A program made the translations under genes and the position numbers. 64,000 nucleotides of DNA from Podarcis vaucheri. Lineage: Eukaryota. The DNA is taken from the NCBI GenBank assembly GCA_965113315.1, contig OZ220367.1; one strand, 5' to 3'. Positions 13,108-24,956 of this stretch are shown here, piece by piece (the stretch's first letter is position 1; each line of letters begins with the position of its first letter). A model generated the notes under the pieces. It was not told the DNA's origin, ran no database searches, and saw only the letters and a program-made list of their open reading frames with translations.

Positions 13108-14692
13108 ACAGCAGCTGGGATTCTTTATGCACAAAACGGAAAGATGAAGAAGTTCCCACCAAAGGAGGATGGATAAGTAAAGAGAAGGACTATGTGGAAT
13201 CGGCATATTTAACAGCTAAAATAAGAGAACTCAATGACAATTGCTTTATGAAAGAACGGAAGCCCTTTTTGGACCATTTAAAGAAATATTACAGTATGAT
13301 GAATTGGGGAGAAGGGTTTGAACTATAAGCAACAGAACTGGATGAGAGATTGTTGCGTTATTGTGATGATAATAAAAGCGGGGAGACAACGTTCAGTAAA
13401 GGGGAGGAATAAAACACACCATGGAAAAATGGGATGGGAAGCGGGCAAGAATAAAACAAATGTATTGGAATGATGTGAACTTTTTGGAAATTTAATAAAA
13501 ATATATCCAAAAAGGAAAAAAGAAAGAAGAAGAAGGAAAGCTTCCCAGATGAAGATGATGGACTTTGCAAAACTGGCCAAGCTGACAGGAAAAATCCCAA
13601 ACTAGCATGATCAAGTATTCCAAAAGGACTGGAGTAAATTGCAATTAACTATTGCAGGCAATTAACATCGCTAGTAGGGGTTGCCTGAAGATTTGTTGTA
13701 ATGAGGATTTCCCATTCTATATTTGTTTAAATTTTGAGTTATTCTGCAATGAGTGCAGTTAGAATTGGGAAATGTACAAAACGCAAGAATTATAGAGTAA
13801 AGGTTAATTTTGAAAGCCATGAGGCGGAAGGGAAGGAAGTCGATAGGCTCGAAAGAGCCAGGGAAGTAAAGTGGATAATAATGATGTGAATGTAAGCAGC
13901 AAGAATATTGATTGCAAAGTATTGGAAGACACAAGATTTACCCACACTGGAAGAATGGCAGATGATGGTGATGGACTACATGGAACTGGCAGAAATGACT
14001 GGCAGAATCTGAGATAAGGGAGAAGAGGTGGTGGAAGAAGACTGGAAGAAATTTAAAGACTACTTGCAGAAATACTGTAAAATTAATGAATGTTAAAGGG
14101 ATGTTGGATTGAAAATAAGCGGTATTGGTAAAAAGATTAACAAGAATATGTAAATACGGATTGAGAATGGTTGAAAATATATAGTTACAATAGGTTAAGA
14201 TATTGAGTAAAGATAAATGATAGAGGGTAAGGATTTGCTGAATTAACTATGTGAACTGGAATACAAAAAAGGGGGTGTGTGAGGAGGTCAGGAAACAAGT
14301 AAATGAAATATAAGATATGAAAATATTGATTTCTTTTTAACTTTTTTTTTTTTACTTTTTATGTATTTTGTCTTTGTATTTTTGTATCTCTTTTTCTTTT
14401 ATTATTGCTATTCTTTTTAATTTTGTGAACTGGAATACAAAAAAGGGGGGTGTGAGGTCAGGAAACAAGTAAATGAAATATAAGATATGAAAATATTGAT
14501 TTCTTTTTAACTTTTTTTACTTTTTATGTATTTTTGTATCTCTTTTTCTTTTATTATTGCTATTCTTTTTTATTTCTTATTTTTCATTTTGTAACCTTTT
14601 ATTGTCTGTAAAACTTCAATAAATATCATTTTAAAAAAATAATAATGATGTGAATGTATATTATTAAATGGAAATATAAAAAATAAAATAAA
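13108..14692 (+). mobile_element. Cluster of three L1-type 3' fragments, one nested (13895-14638), in UVSSA coding intron 1
   Basis: ORF2 C-terminal motifs (KRKDEEVPTKGGW; AARILIAKYWKTQDLPTLEEWQ); AATAAA/A tails; 20-bp TSD ATAATAATGATGTGAATGTA. Confidence 0.8.
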
Positions 14693-14723
14693 GGGGGGGT
14701 ATTCTACATTAAGAGGTCCATAC

Positions 14724-14821
14724 TTGCACATCTTCTTCAGCTCCTTGAGCTTGGCGGGGTCCAGGCGCGGCTCCCCCGAAGTCGTCAGCTCCTCCACCAG
14801 CTCAGGCAGCTTGCCGTCCAT
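14724..14821 (-). CDS. UVSSA: UVSSA first coding exon (UV-stimulated scaffold protein A)
   Basis: [34 protein letters not shown]|gtatgg; 98 nt; acceptor-like tttccccttcag 2 nt before the ATG suggests an upstream non-coding exon. Confidence 0.93.
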
Positions 14822-15262
14822 TTCTGAAGGGGAAACCCGGCTGTCCGAGGACGAAGCGAGGGCCGCCTCGCTAAGGAAACGAAGCCGCGGCTCTCCGCTG
14901 CCCTGCGGGGCGGGCGTCGCCGGCGCCTCGTCCGGAGGCCGTTCCACCCAAGGCCGCTTTCCGCGGTGGGAGACGCAGGCCGCGGAAGGAGCCGGAGGAA
15001 GGCCTCGGCCTCTCCCGCCCGCCGGGCCCGCCCCCTTCGCTCGCCTGCTGGGGCGGGCTCCGGGAGAGGAAGGCGGGGAGGAGTCCGGAGGGGAAGGGAA
15101 GAAGGGAAGGGCTGCCCCCGCCTCCGGTCGAGCTGCGGGGAGCTGCTGGAGGGCGAGCGCCGGGAAGGACGGGGGGCTGCTTCTTCTTCTGCCGGCTGGC
15201 TTCACTTCAGCTTCGCACGGCTCGCCGGCCGCGGAGATAGTCGTGTCCCTTTATCGGCAACT
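14750..15262. promoter_or_regulatory. UVSSA CpG island / promoter
   Basis: GC- and CpG-rich block over and upstream of the first coding exon; GGGCGG boxes. Confidence 0.8.
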
Positions 15263-15266
15263 TTGA

Positions 15267-15887
15267 GGCTGGTGCCCCCAATCAATAATTCTGTTGCTAA
15301 GGCTGATGCCCCCCTAATCAGTAGTTCTGTTGCTAAGGCTGTTGCCCCCTAATCAATAATTCTGTTGCTAAGGCTGATGCCCCCCTAATCAATAATTCTG
15401 TTGCTAAGGCTGATGCCCTCCAATCAATAATTCTGTTGCTAAGGCTGTTGCCCCCTAATCAATAATTCTGTTGCTAAGGCTGATGCCCTCCAATCAATAA
15501 TTCTGTTGCTAAGGCTGATGCCCCCCTAATCAATAATTCTGTTGCTAAGGCTGATGCCCCCCTAATCAATAATTCTGTTGCTAAGGCTGATGCCCTCCAA
15601 TCAATAATTCTGTTGCTAAGGCTGATGCCCCCCTAATCAATAATTCTGTTGCTAAGGCTGATGCCCCCCTAATCAGTAGTTCTGTTGCTAAGGCTGTTGC
15701 CCCCTAATCAATAATTCTGTTGCTAAGGCTGATGCCCTCCAATCAATAATTCTGTTGCTAAGGCTGATGCCCCCCTAATCAATAATTCTGTTGCTAAGGC
15801 TGATGCCCCCCTAATCAATAATTCTGTTGCTAAGGCTGATGCCCTCCAATCAATAATTCTGTTGCTAAGGCTGATGCCCCACAATCA
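15267..15887. repeat. Minisatellite, 17 units of 35-36 bp (AATCAATAATTCTGTTGCTAAGGCTGATGCCCCCCT)
   Basis: 17 counted copies of CTGTTGCTAAGG at 35-36 bp spacing; a few recurring unit variants. Confidence 0.97.
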
Positions 15888-15994
15888 GGAATGATGCAGG
15901 CCTTCCAAGCATCCCTATTTAACAGGTGCAGTCCCAGATTTGCAGAATCCATCCCGGTTTCTGATTTGATCCCGGAATGGCCCGCTTTTCCTTA

Positions 15995-16355
15995 AGGTAA
16001 AGGTAAAGGTACCCCTGCCCGTACGGGCCAGTCTTGACAGACTCTGGGGTTTGCGCGCCCATCTCGCTTAAGAGGCCGGGGGCCAGCGCTGTCCGGAGAC
16101 ACTTCCGGGTCACGTGGCCAGCGTGACAAGCTGCATCTGGCGAGCCAGCGCAGCACACGGAACGCCGTTTACCTTCCCGCTGGTAAGCGGTACCTATTTA
16201 TCTACTTGCACCCGGGGGTGCTTTCGAACTGCTAGGTTGGCAGGCGCTGGGACCGAGCAGCGGGAGCGCACCCCGCCGCGGGGATTCGAACCGCCGACCT
16301 TTCGATCGGCAAGCCCTAGGCGCTGAGGCTTTTACACACAGCGCCACCCGCGTCC
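15995..16355 (-). mobile_element. Sauria SINE inserted in an older MITE-like element
   Basis: Near-identical to the 9185 copy; TSD CGCTTTTCCTTA; host sequence resembles 55300-55400. Confidence 0.9.
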
Positions 16356-16577
16356 CGCTTTTCCTTAGGACGTCCCTATTTTCATCAGAGGATGTTTGGA
16401 GGGTATGATAGGATGTCCCTATTTTCATTGGAGAAATGTTGGAGGGAACATCTCTATTCATCAAGGAAATGTTGGAGGGTATAAACTATGTTGCGCAATG
16501 TCATAAATTGTGCTTGCTCTCAACTTACTCTCCATTGCTGCTCCCACACTTTCCCTCAGTCCTTCAGGCCCAAATCC

Positions 16578-16718
16578 CAGTGGCGTAGCGTGGGTTGTCA
16601 GCACCCGGGGCAAGGCAAGAAATTTGCGCCCCCTAACCCGTGGATTTGTGCCCCCTAACCCCCAGATGTTGCGCCCGATGCGGCCGGCCCCCCCTGCACC
16701 CCCCACGCTACGCCACTG
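16578..16718. mobile_element. hAT MITE, 141 bp
   Basis: TIR CAGTGGCGTAGCGTGGG; TSD CCAAATCC. Confidence 0.85.
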
Positions 16719-17036
16719 CCAAATCCCAGTGGGGAGAATGGGATGCCTGGACCAGCAATGAAACCTCACGTTGTACTGGCCCTATATTGCCTTATTGCAT
16801 CGCTAGAGAAATCCTCTTGTGTTGACTCATGCTTGTTTGCAGGATAGTTAAACCAGACTTCCTTGTCCTTGATGTTCTCCATTGTGTTAAGACTGTGGCT
16901 CCCATGCCAGCTGGGGATGATGGAAGTTGTTATCCAACATTTCTGGAGAGCATCAACATTGAGAAAATCTTCACTAAACAGTGGGAGATGGTGTTTCCTC
17001 TGATGGAGTGGGGACTGCTAATGACTTGGGATGTGT

Positions 17037-17610
17037 AGAAACCAGAGGCCTTTCTTCTTGGAATAACAGGTTTGGAATTGCCCAAGAAAGATGTTAAATT
17101 ATTTTTGTATGCCACAACTGCTGCTCGTATTTTGTTAGCTGAAAAGTGGAAAACCCAAGAATTACCAACAATAGAAGAATGGCAGATGAAGATGATGGAT
17201 TTTTCAGAGCTAGCCGACCTGACCGGAAGAGTCTGTGACCAGAAGGAGGAGTATCATCAGAGTGGAATAAATTTAATGATTATTTAGTTAAATTTGCTGA
17301 GTTAAACTAACTGAAAACAGCTTGCAGATACTTAATGGGATTAGGATTTTATTTATGTTAAGTGATGAATTAATATGCTTAATTCCATAAGGTGAAGATC
17401 TAAGGATGTTAATGTTTAAGTTAAATTTTATAAAAATTGGGATTTGGAAAACCGTTAAAAGGACATGCAATGAAATTCAACCAAGGGGAAGCGAGGAAGT
17501 CACTTAACAAAGTTAATAACTGTAATTTTCAATAAGGCTATGATTTTTGTTTGTTTGTCTTGTGTGTTTGTTTGTTTATAATATTGTGAAAACTAATAAA
17601 ACAATTTTGA
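17037..17610 (+). mobile_element. L1-type 3' fragment
   Basis: KPEAFLLGI...LFLYATTAARILLAEKWKTQELPTIEEWQMKMM; AATAAA end. Confidence 0.8.
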
Positions 17611-18574
17611 GTGGGATGTGGGAGTTGTAGACACGATTCCTAGCCCATTGTGATCGATGATGGTTCCAGTATTGAAAAACGTCAAAGCAAGTTTTGAAAA
17701 TAATAATCCTGTTGCACAGATTTTGAAAAGGCACCCTGTGCTCCTTTAGGAGGAAGGGTGGAATATAGATTTCAATAAACTTAAAGGGTACATCTCAGCA
17801 GTGTACGGTGAGGAGCATATCAATTTTGAGCAGGAAGGGGCTGCTAAATTATTTGTATTTCGGTGCGTATCAAAGGCCAGTGCTGCTTCCCCTTTAAACG
17901 ATGCTCACCTGGATTTCAGTGGAATATAAAGCAGAGTTCACAAATATTCACCCACTTTTTCCCACTGCAAATTGGCACTGAGTGGACACAATCTGAAGCA
18001 AAGAAGAGCAATCTTGAATCGTCTATTCATCGCTTCTTTTCAACTACAACACTATGCCACCCAACCTGTTTTATCCCCAACAAGCATCTCAGGTTCCAAA
18101 GTAACCACAGATGTCTTGCAGCATACCTGCTGGGGGAAATTTCAACATGTCAGTGAATGAGTATTGTCTCCTTAATCATGCTGCAATTCCAAACTCATAA
18201 GAAGAAACTTGAACTTTTAAGTTATTCAGTCTGACACACAAAAACCTTCCCTTTGCTGCACCAGTATTAAAGATGGCGAATGGCTCCTGTCTCCCAGTTT
18301 CACCTACCCCAAATGCATGCAGTGGAACTGAATAACACCAACTATTCTAAGAAATAGCTGCTATAATACACTAAGATACATGTTTTATACTTGCATGGCG
18401 CTGAGGTTAACAGCAGACATTTAACTTGCAGTTTCTCCTTATGTTCTTGGTGCATGATTAATCTAAAATTCTTGACCCTTCAGGCCAAGGAACACAATGT
18501 GCCTTCACTAAAATGCTTTAATTCTTAAAAAAATAGCAAAAACTTCTGCAGGCAGAGTTAAGGAGCCCATAGAT

Positions 18575-18664
18575 CATAGCTGTCAACGTTTCCCTTTTTT
18601 AAAGGGAAATTCCCTTATTCCGAATAGGATTCCTCGCAAGAAAAGGGAAAAGTTGACAGCTATG
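18575..18664. mobile_element. hAT MITE, 90 bp
   Basis: TIR CATAGCTGTCAAC; TSD CCATAGA[T/C]. Confidence 0.8.
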
Positions 18665-20014
18665 CCATAGACAGCCCTCCAGATATTTTTAGACATCAGG
18701 GATAATGAGAGCTCTAATCCAGGAACAACTGGAGGGCAATAGGTTCCCTCACCTGAAAGTACTTTGTACATGGTCTTGCAAGAGTATGACATAAATAATG
18801 GTGATTAAAAATGGCCTATAATCTTCACAGGTTCGTTCAAAAGCCCTGTTAAGTCATTCAGTAGTCCTTCACTCAGAGGGTTGTGTCAGCAAAGCTGGGT
18901 GTTTTAAAAACAAGAATGTAGCCAACTGTTATCTCTCGATTTGCGATGTGTTATAACAGATAAATCTCAAAAGATGCAGAGCAATTGAGCGAAGCCAGGA
19001 TGCAAGATAAGTGAAATTGTGGAATTTCGCCCCCTTTCACAGGCAGATGAACCTGGAGCAGTCCCCCCTTCTCATTCTGTAAAATATTACATTGCTACAG
19101 TCCGTTCCCTCCAGCAGCAAATGTTGTTTCCCCCTGTGGGGAAACAATGTTTACCAGAGATGCTTCACTGCCAAAGACACACCAGTTGAGCTCCTTGTTT
19201 TTAATTAACAGGTTTAAAATGGGAACTTTTAAAATCTTGAAACTTTAAAAGTGTTGAAATAATGAATTTTCACCCAAACAGCCGAATGCATAGCATTGCA
19301 ATACCTGTGACTTCAACCATCTGAATTGCCAAAAAGAAAGATTTCAGCTAAGTTTTGGGTGACTAGCATTTGTAAACACAAGACTTGGACCTTTGAATGT
19401 AATAAATTTCAAAACTGTTTAACTCGGCCATTCTTCGTGAGTGTTTTCTGGCTTAGGGTTACATTCAGATCTGGGCTTGTGGCTTGTCTGACTTGAGACA
19501 AATCACAAGCTGCAGCCAAATATTAAAGCTAAAAATCAAAGCTGCATCAAGTGTGTTCTATTTGTTTAAATCACTGCTTGTCTATGATACTTAGAAAATC
19601 AAGTCTCCCTACATTAGTCTTTCACTTAGAAACATAGATTCTGTATTTAATTTTGTGATCATGTGAGTATCCCAATTCCACATCTAAATGTATCTCCTAG
19701 CCTCCTCACCCTTCCCAGAATTTTGAAGGTGTACTGGATCAAGTGTTTAGAAGAGATGAGCACAACATCTGTCCCTTTACTTATTGATAGCTGTTCAGTT
19801 TTCAAAAATACAGTATCTGTATAATCCAATAATCAGACAAGTATCCAGAAAATAATGAATTGTCACCAGTATTAGGTAAAATATCTGTAATGTGACCATT
19901 TTAGTAGTGAAGGTTAACTCCCCGCACCAATTCCTAGTTTCAAGAACAAATTAACATTCCACTGTCAACTAAGGAAAAGAAACAATGATTATAAAAGGGT
20001 TTGTGTTTACAGTC

Positions 20015-20020
20015 TTTATT
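20015..20020 (-). terminator. Probable MAEA polyadenylation signal (3'UTR about 1.2 kb)
   Basis: AATAAA on the minus strand at the end of a U-rich, repeat-free stretch downstream of the stop; a second AATAAA at 20098-20103. Confidence 0.55.
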
Positions 20021-21235
20021 AGCTAATCAACATCAACATGCAAAAATAAATGCTAAATACAAACTTCTACCATATGGTTTTTTCCAACTACAATGGTTTT
20101 ATTTGGAGAGTGATAAGGATGTGATTTGCAGCTGTTAAAACTGAACTAATCTCTTGTGTAATGAATACCCTAAAATTACATAATTAATCCTGCAAGGCAT
20201 CTTCAAAATTTGCCCAACACTTAAGGTTACCAGCTGATCTTTATGTGAGTACATTCTCAAAGTAAGAAATAAGGCAGTAGCACTAATGGTTTGATATTGA
20301 ATCCTATGCACATAGTAACTAATAAATGAAGAATTTTAACACTATGGTCAACTGGAAGAAGGACAGACATACAAGCAGTGCATTGTGCCTGTAATGTTTT
20401 CAGTTACTTCGTATTTATGCAGTCTTCCCAAGATGGTCAATGTCTGGAGGGTTTTTGGAAGAGAATAAACCCTTGCAGTACATTTCAAAGAACTCCCAAC
20501 TGATCCAGTTAAATCAGCCTTGTGTTAGTGTTGTCGTCAAGCATCTACTATGGCCCATGGGATCATTTCAAAGGCAGAATGGAAGAGGATTTCAAACAAA
20601 AGGGTCTTAGCCAATTGCTAACACAGAAAAAGGAAGCACACAGACCTACATCACACTTGTGACATTGCAAATCTATTTCCAGTTTATGTGTCTCATGCTG
20701 ACAACCACATTTGAAGGGGAGATGCACGTGTGTGCGTGCACACACTTGAGGCCGCAAGGTCGACACACATTCAGAGGCCGTGACTGGCCCCAGTTCCCTG
20801 GTGCATGTATCACAGTTTTGCATATTTGGCCCCTTCAAGTTCTTCCATACATGGGCACATATTGGTGATGTTGAAAACAGGTCTGGAAGTGTGAAATGGC
20901 CCTTTGAGGTTCACTGTAACTTTTTTCTCATGTGAAACTGTCCATTTTTTTAGCTGAGTTTTTGCTGGATGATTATTTGAGAAAAGTCCAATTACTGTAA
21001 CAAAATCCAAACATTCAATATTTGTTCCCTCCAAGTACAACCTTTTAGTCACACTTCCTCAGTTTCTAAGAGTGTATATTGTTGTTCATTGATCTTTGGT
21101 CGCAATAAAAAATGCCACCAACCAATCTGATTCCCACCCCAGCTCTCTTAGCCACACTCAAGATCTCTCTCTACAAGTCATGCCAAAATATATTATGTCA
21201 AATTCCAGCGGCACTTCATTGTACGTACGAGGGAA

Positions 21236-21331
21236 TTACATAATGTAGACCTTCTCAGCTTGTGAGAAGTTGAAGACTTCTTTGGTTCTTGGGCAAACTA
21301 CTTTATCATCTTGACGAACAGAAAGCAAAGA
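21236..21331 (-). CDS. MAEA: MAEA coding exon 9 (last)
   Basis: tttcag|[31 protein letters not shown]; the nine exons sum to 1191 nt (396 aa + stop). Confidence 0.97.
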   Translation of the reverse strand, partial: SLLSVRQDDKVVCPRTKEVFNFSQAEKVYIM

Positions 21332-21989
21332 CTGAAACAAAAAGAAGAGAGATTAATTATGATAGTCCCAGAGTGAAATAAAGTGTTTATCCATTCTTCA
21401 GTTTCTGTTATCTTAACTGCAAAGTTTTAAGAGCTGGAAACAGCTATATACAATCCAAGACTCCACACTGCTATATACACACCCACTAGCCAATGTCTGA
21501 TCAGCCTTTTTGTAATCCTATTTTGACTGTTTTTTTATTATTATATACAATATTTATATATTGCCTAATAAAGTTTATTTGAGTGGTTTAAAGGTTTAAA
21601 CCAAGTAAGAGACATGCTAACACAGAATAATACTAGGAAATGCATCAAACCCATGTAAAAATTTGCAACAAGTTAATATTAACGTAAGAATCTAAAAAAC
21701 AATAAAATATAAATATTAAAAAGCCCGGGAATATTTTTAAAAGGCTTCACAATGTAGGCACCAGGCAAGTTTATCTATGGAGGGCATCCCACAACTGTAA
21801 AGGTCCTGAGTTTTCAGGTGCTAAGTTTCCTTTGATGGGAATCTAGGGAAGGGCATTGAAAGATGATTTGAAGTTCTGGAATAGGTACATGTAGGAAAAG
21901 GTGATCTTTCTGGTAAACTGTCAACCAAAGCCAATCAGAGCTTAAAATGGTTCATAACAACCCTTTGAACTGGACCTGAAAATGGACTA

Positions 21990-22228
21990 CAGTGGTACCT
22001 CAGGTTAAGTACTTAATTCGTTCCAGAGGTCCGTAGTTAACCTGAAACTGTTCTTAACCTGAAGCACCACTTTAGCTAATGGGGCCTCCTGCTGCCACCG
22101 CACCGCCGGAGCCCGATTTCTGTTCTCATCCTGAAACAAAGTTCTTAACCTGAAGCACTATTTCTGGGTTAGCGGAGTCTGTAACGAAGCGTCTGTAACG
22201 TGAAGCGTATGTAACCTGAGCTACCACT
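21990..22228. mobile_element. Tigger/mariner-like MITE (same family as 62425)
   Basis: CAGTGGTACCTCAGGTTA TIR; AACCTGAAGC internal repeats. Confidence 0.8.
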
Positions 22229-22540
22229 AGTGAAGTTGGTGAAGCACTGGTATATGAGCATTATCAATCTGTCTCAGTTGCTTGCTGCTCTGTGTTGGAG
22301 CAACTGAAGATGCAAGACAATCTGAAGTTTCTGGACCATCTTCAAAAGGATCCCCATGTACAATGCATTCCAGCAATCCAAACAGGAGGTTAACATGTAT
22401 CAAAAGTTGTAGCAAATCTATCTTTGTCCACAGCCGATACATCAGTTTAAGCTAATAAAAGTTATTCTGAGCTACAGAGTCTACTTATGCCTCTAGTGAC
22501 AATGAAAGAGTAGACCAAAACTGCATGTGAGCCCTTAAGG

Positions 22541-22676
22541 TAGGCATGGCCAAACTTGGCCCTCCAGCTGTTTTGGGACTACAACTCCCATCATCCCTAG
22601 CTAACAGGACCAGTGGTCAGGGATGATGGGAACTGTAGTCCCAAAACAGCTGGAGGGCCAAGTTTGGCCATGCCTG
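22541..22676. mobile_element. Palindromic hAT MITE (URR1-like), 136 bp
   Basis: Near-perfect hairpin; 8-bp TSD CCTTAAGG. Confidence 0.87.
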
Positions 22677-23073
22677 CCTTAAGGGGAATGTAACCACCTG
22701 TAGTCCATATGAGCACTACTCAGCCAGACAAACCACCCTATCACAGCATTCAGTGTTGGCTAGATTGAGTCTGAGGTCTCAGGGCCCATTACTGTGCTCA
22801 AAACCAAAAAGACAACTAGATGCAGGAGAAAACCCAGAGAGAATAAATTCTCAAAGTGCCAAAATGTTTTATTATGCTCAATATATTCAAGAATTAAGAC
22901 GTTATTTCACCGGGAGCGTCTTACACTTCTTACCATTAACCTGCAAAGATAATTTTCTGAAGCTTTGTCCTCTGCTGAATTCAACTAAAGGCCTAAGCAG
23001 ATTATTGAAGGCTTTTGTAGAATTCAGCAAAGCAGAAAGCTGTACAAGTTAAAGTTGGAAGGTTCAGTAAGTT

Positions 23074-23456
23074 CCTACATTGGCTCCCAGTATGTTTCCG
23101 AGCACAATTCAAAGTGTTGGTGCTGACCTTTAAAGCCCTAAAGGGCCTCGGTCCAGTATACCTGAAGGAGCGTCTCCACCCCCATTGTTCAGCCTGGACA
23201 CTGAGGTCCAGCGCCAAGGGCCTTCTGGCAGTTCCCTCACTGCAAGAAGCAAAGCTACAGGGAACCAGGCAGAGGGCCTTCTCGGGAGTGGCACCCGCCC
23301 TGTGGAACGCCCCCCATCAGATGTCAAAGAGAAGAACAACTACCAGACTTTTAGAAGACATCTGAAGGCAGCCCTGTTCAGGGAAGTTTTTAATGTGTGA
23401 TATTTTAATGTATTTTTAATCTTTGTTGGAAGCTGCCCAGAGAGGCTGGGGAAATA

Positions 23457-23503
<47 letters not shown>
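23074..23503 (+). mobile_element. L2 LINE 3' fragment with (TTA)n tail
   Basis: LHWLPV.FRAQFKVLVLTFKAL.GLGP.YL...RAFS.VAP.LWN motif. Confidence 0.85.
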
Positions 23504-23505
<2 letters not shown>

Positions 23506-23593
23506 TCCAAACAAATTTAACGCTATTATCTGTTTTAGGAAGCCACATACAGTATATCACAATAGTTTGAAACATCTATGGAAAAACACTTAC

Positions 23594-23789
23594 ATTGTAT
23601 CCATACACATATCCATTTGGAAGCATCATGGGAGGATTATTTTCATTCATCACATCTCCTGAAATCTTGCAGACTAGTCGGGAATTGGCACAATGTGCCA
23701 TTGGCAGAGGCTGAGCCAGCTTATTTAGGGATTTGCTACAAACAGGGCAGTCAGGGTTTTTGGAACTGCCATCCTCTTTATAACATTGT
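23594..23789 (-). CDS. MAEA: MAEA coding exon 8 (RING-like region)
   Basis: aatag|[20 protein letters not shown]...[13 protein letters not shown]|gtaagt; 196 nt. Confidence 0.97.
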
Positions 23790-24324
23790 CTATTTAAAAG
23801 TGAGTTAAAGGATAATAGATAAATATTTGAATAATAAACACCAAACAGAGAACTCATTTGTTACTGAAGACGGCTTTTAGGCTTATATGAAGAAAGTGGA
23901 TCTGCAGGTGCAGATGTTGATTTCAAGGACAACCAGTTTTATTTTTGTGTACTTCTGAGCCTCCTAAACCTGTTAAATTTTCAGCTCACTAAAACAGCGG
24001 CCAAGACACCTGATGGCTCAGGCTTGCTCAATTTTTTTTACCAAGCGCGTAAAAAATGCACGAGTCTTTTCGGAATTCTGATATTACAAAAAAATTAAAT
24101 AAAATCCCAATTTATATCAAGATTAAGAGCCTGTGTGTCATGCAATCTGCATTTTGGAGAACACAAACTATGAAAGATGGCTGCCCTGCTGTTGTTTTTC
24201 AAAGTATTCAAGGCATAAACATATGTCTAAAATGTGGACATAAATTGGCCAAACGCAGCTCAGGAAAAAACTGAATTTTTAAGGACCAAGTTTCAGCATC
24301 CCACTGTGATGCACTGAAGGATAC
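23790..24324 (-). other. MAEA: U12-type (minor spliceosome) GT-AG intron, MAEA intron 7
   Basis: 5' splice site GTATCCTT; branch-like TCCTTTAAC (23804-23812) 12 nt before the terminal AG; no long pyrimidine tract. Confidence 0.9.
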
Positions 24325-24458
24325 GGTGTTTTTATAGCTGAAAGCCCGGCCTGGAGTGTTATAGTAAAGACAGAGTTGTTCCCCAGCTGATGCAGCCTGT
24401 AGTTATCATATCTAAACTGCTGGATTAGCATCCTCCACCGGGCAGAGTCCAGAAGATC
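24325..24458 (-). CDS. MAEA: MAEA coding exon 7
   Basis: cacag|[20 protein letters not shown]...GLSAIKT-CC|gtatcctt (U12-type donor); 134 nt. Confidence 0.96.
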
Positions 24459-24809
24459 CTGTGGGGGGAACACAGAGACACAAAAATGCAAAAGGCAGAC
24501 TGTGATATTTCCATAGCTTCAAAGTACTGGGAATGTAATTATGTACTGCAACCAGTTGAACCTGGAATTTTTTTGTGCATCTCAGTTTTAATACTTTCAA
24601 ATAGGCCAGCGGGGAATCACAACCGTTCCCAGATGTCAATATCGAGAAGCAGATTAACAGAACATTTTGCCAATAGCAACAAGCAGGTTAAATGCATGTT
24701 TGAAATCCTCAATATTTGATAATGGGCATCCATTTAGAGTCAGTAAGCATTAGCGCATCAGTACACTGCAAAAAAAAGGGAAAAAATCCTCTGCCCATCT
24801 TTTTAGCTA

Positions 24810-24956
<147 letters not shown>

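Noticed and set aside
14822-15352. Long ORFs or an N-terminal extension of UVSSA
   Set aside because: CpG-island artefacts; homology starts at MDGKL and an acceptor-like site lies 2 nt upstream of that ATG.
15267-15887. CRISPR-like array (35-36-bp repeats)
   Set aside because: Units abut directly with no unique spacers, there are no cas genes, and the context is vertebrate; it is a minisatellite.
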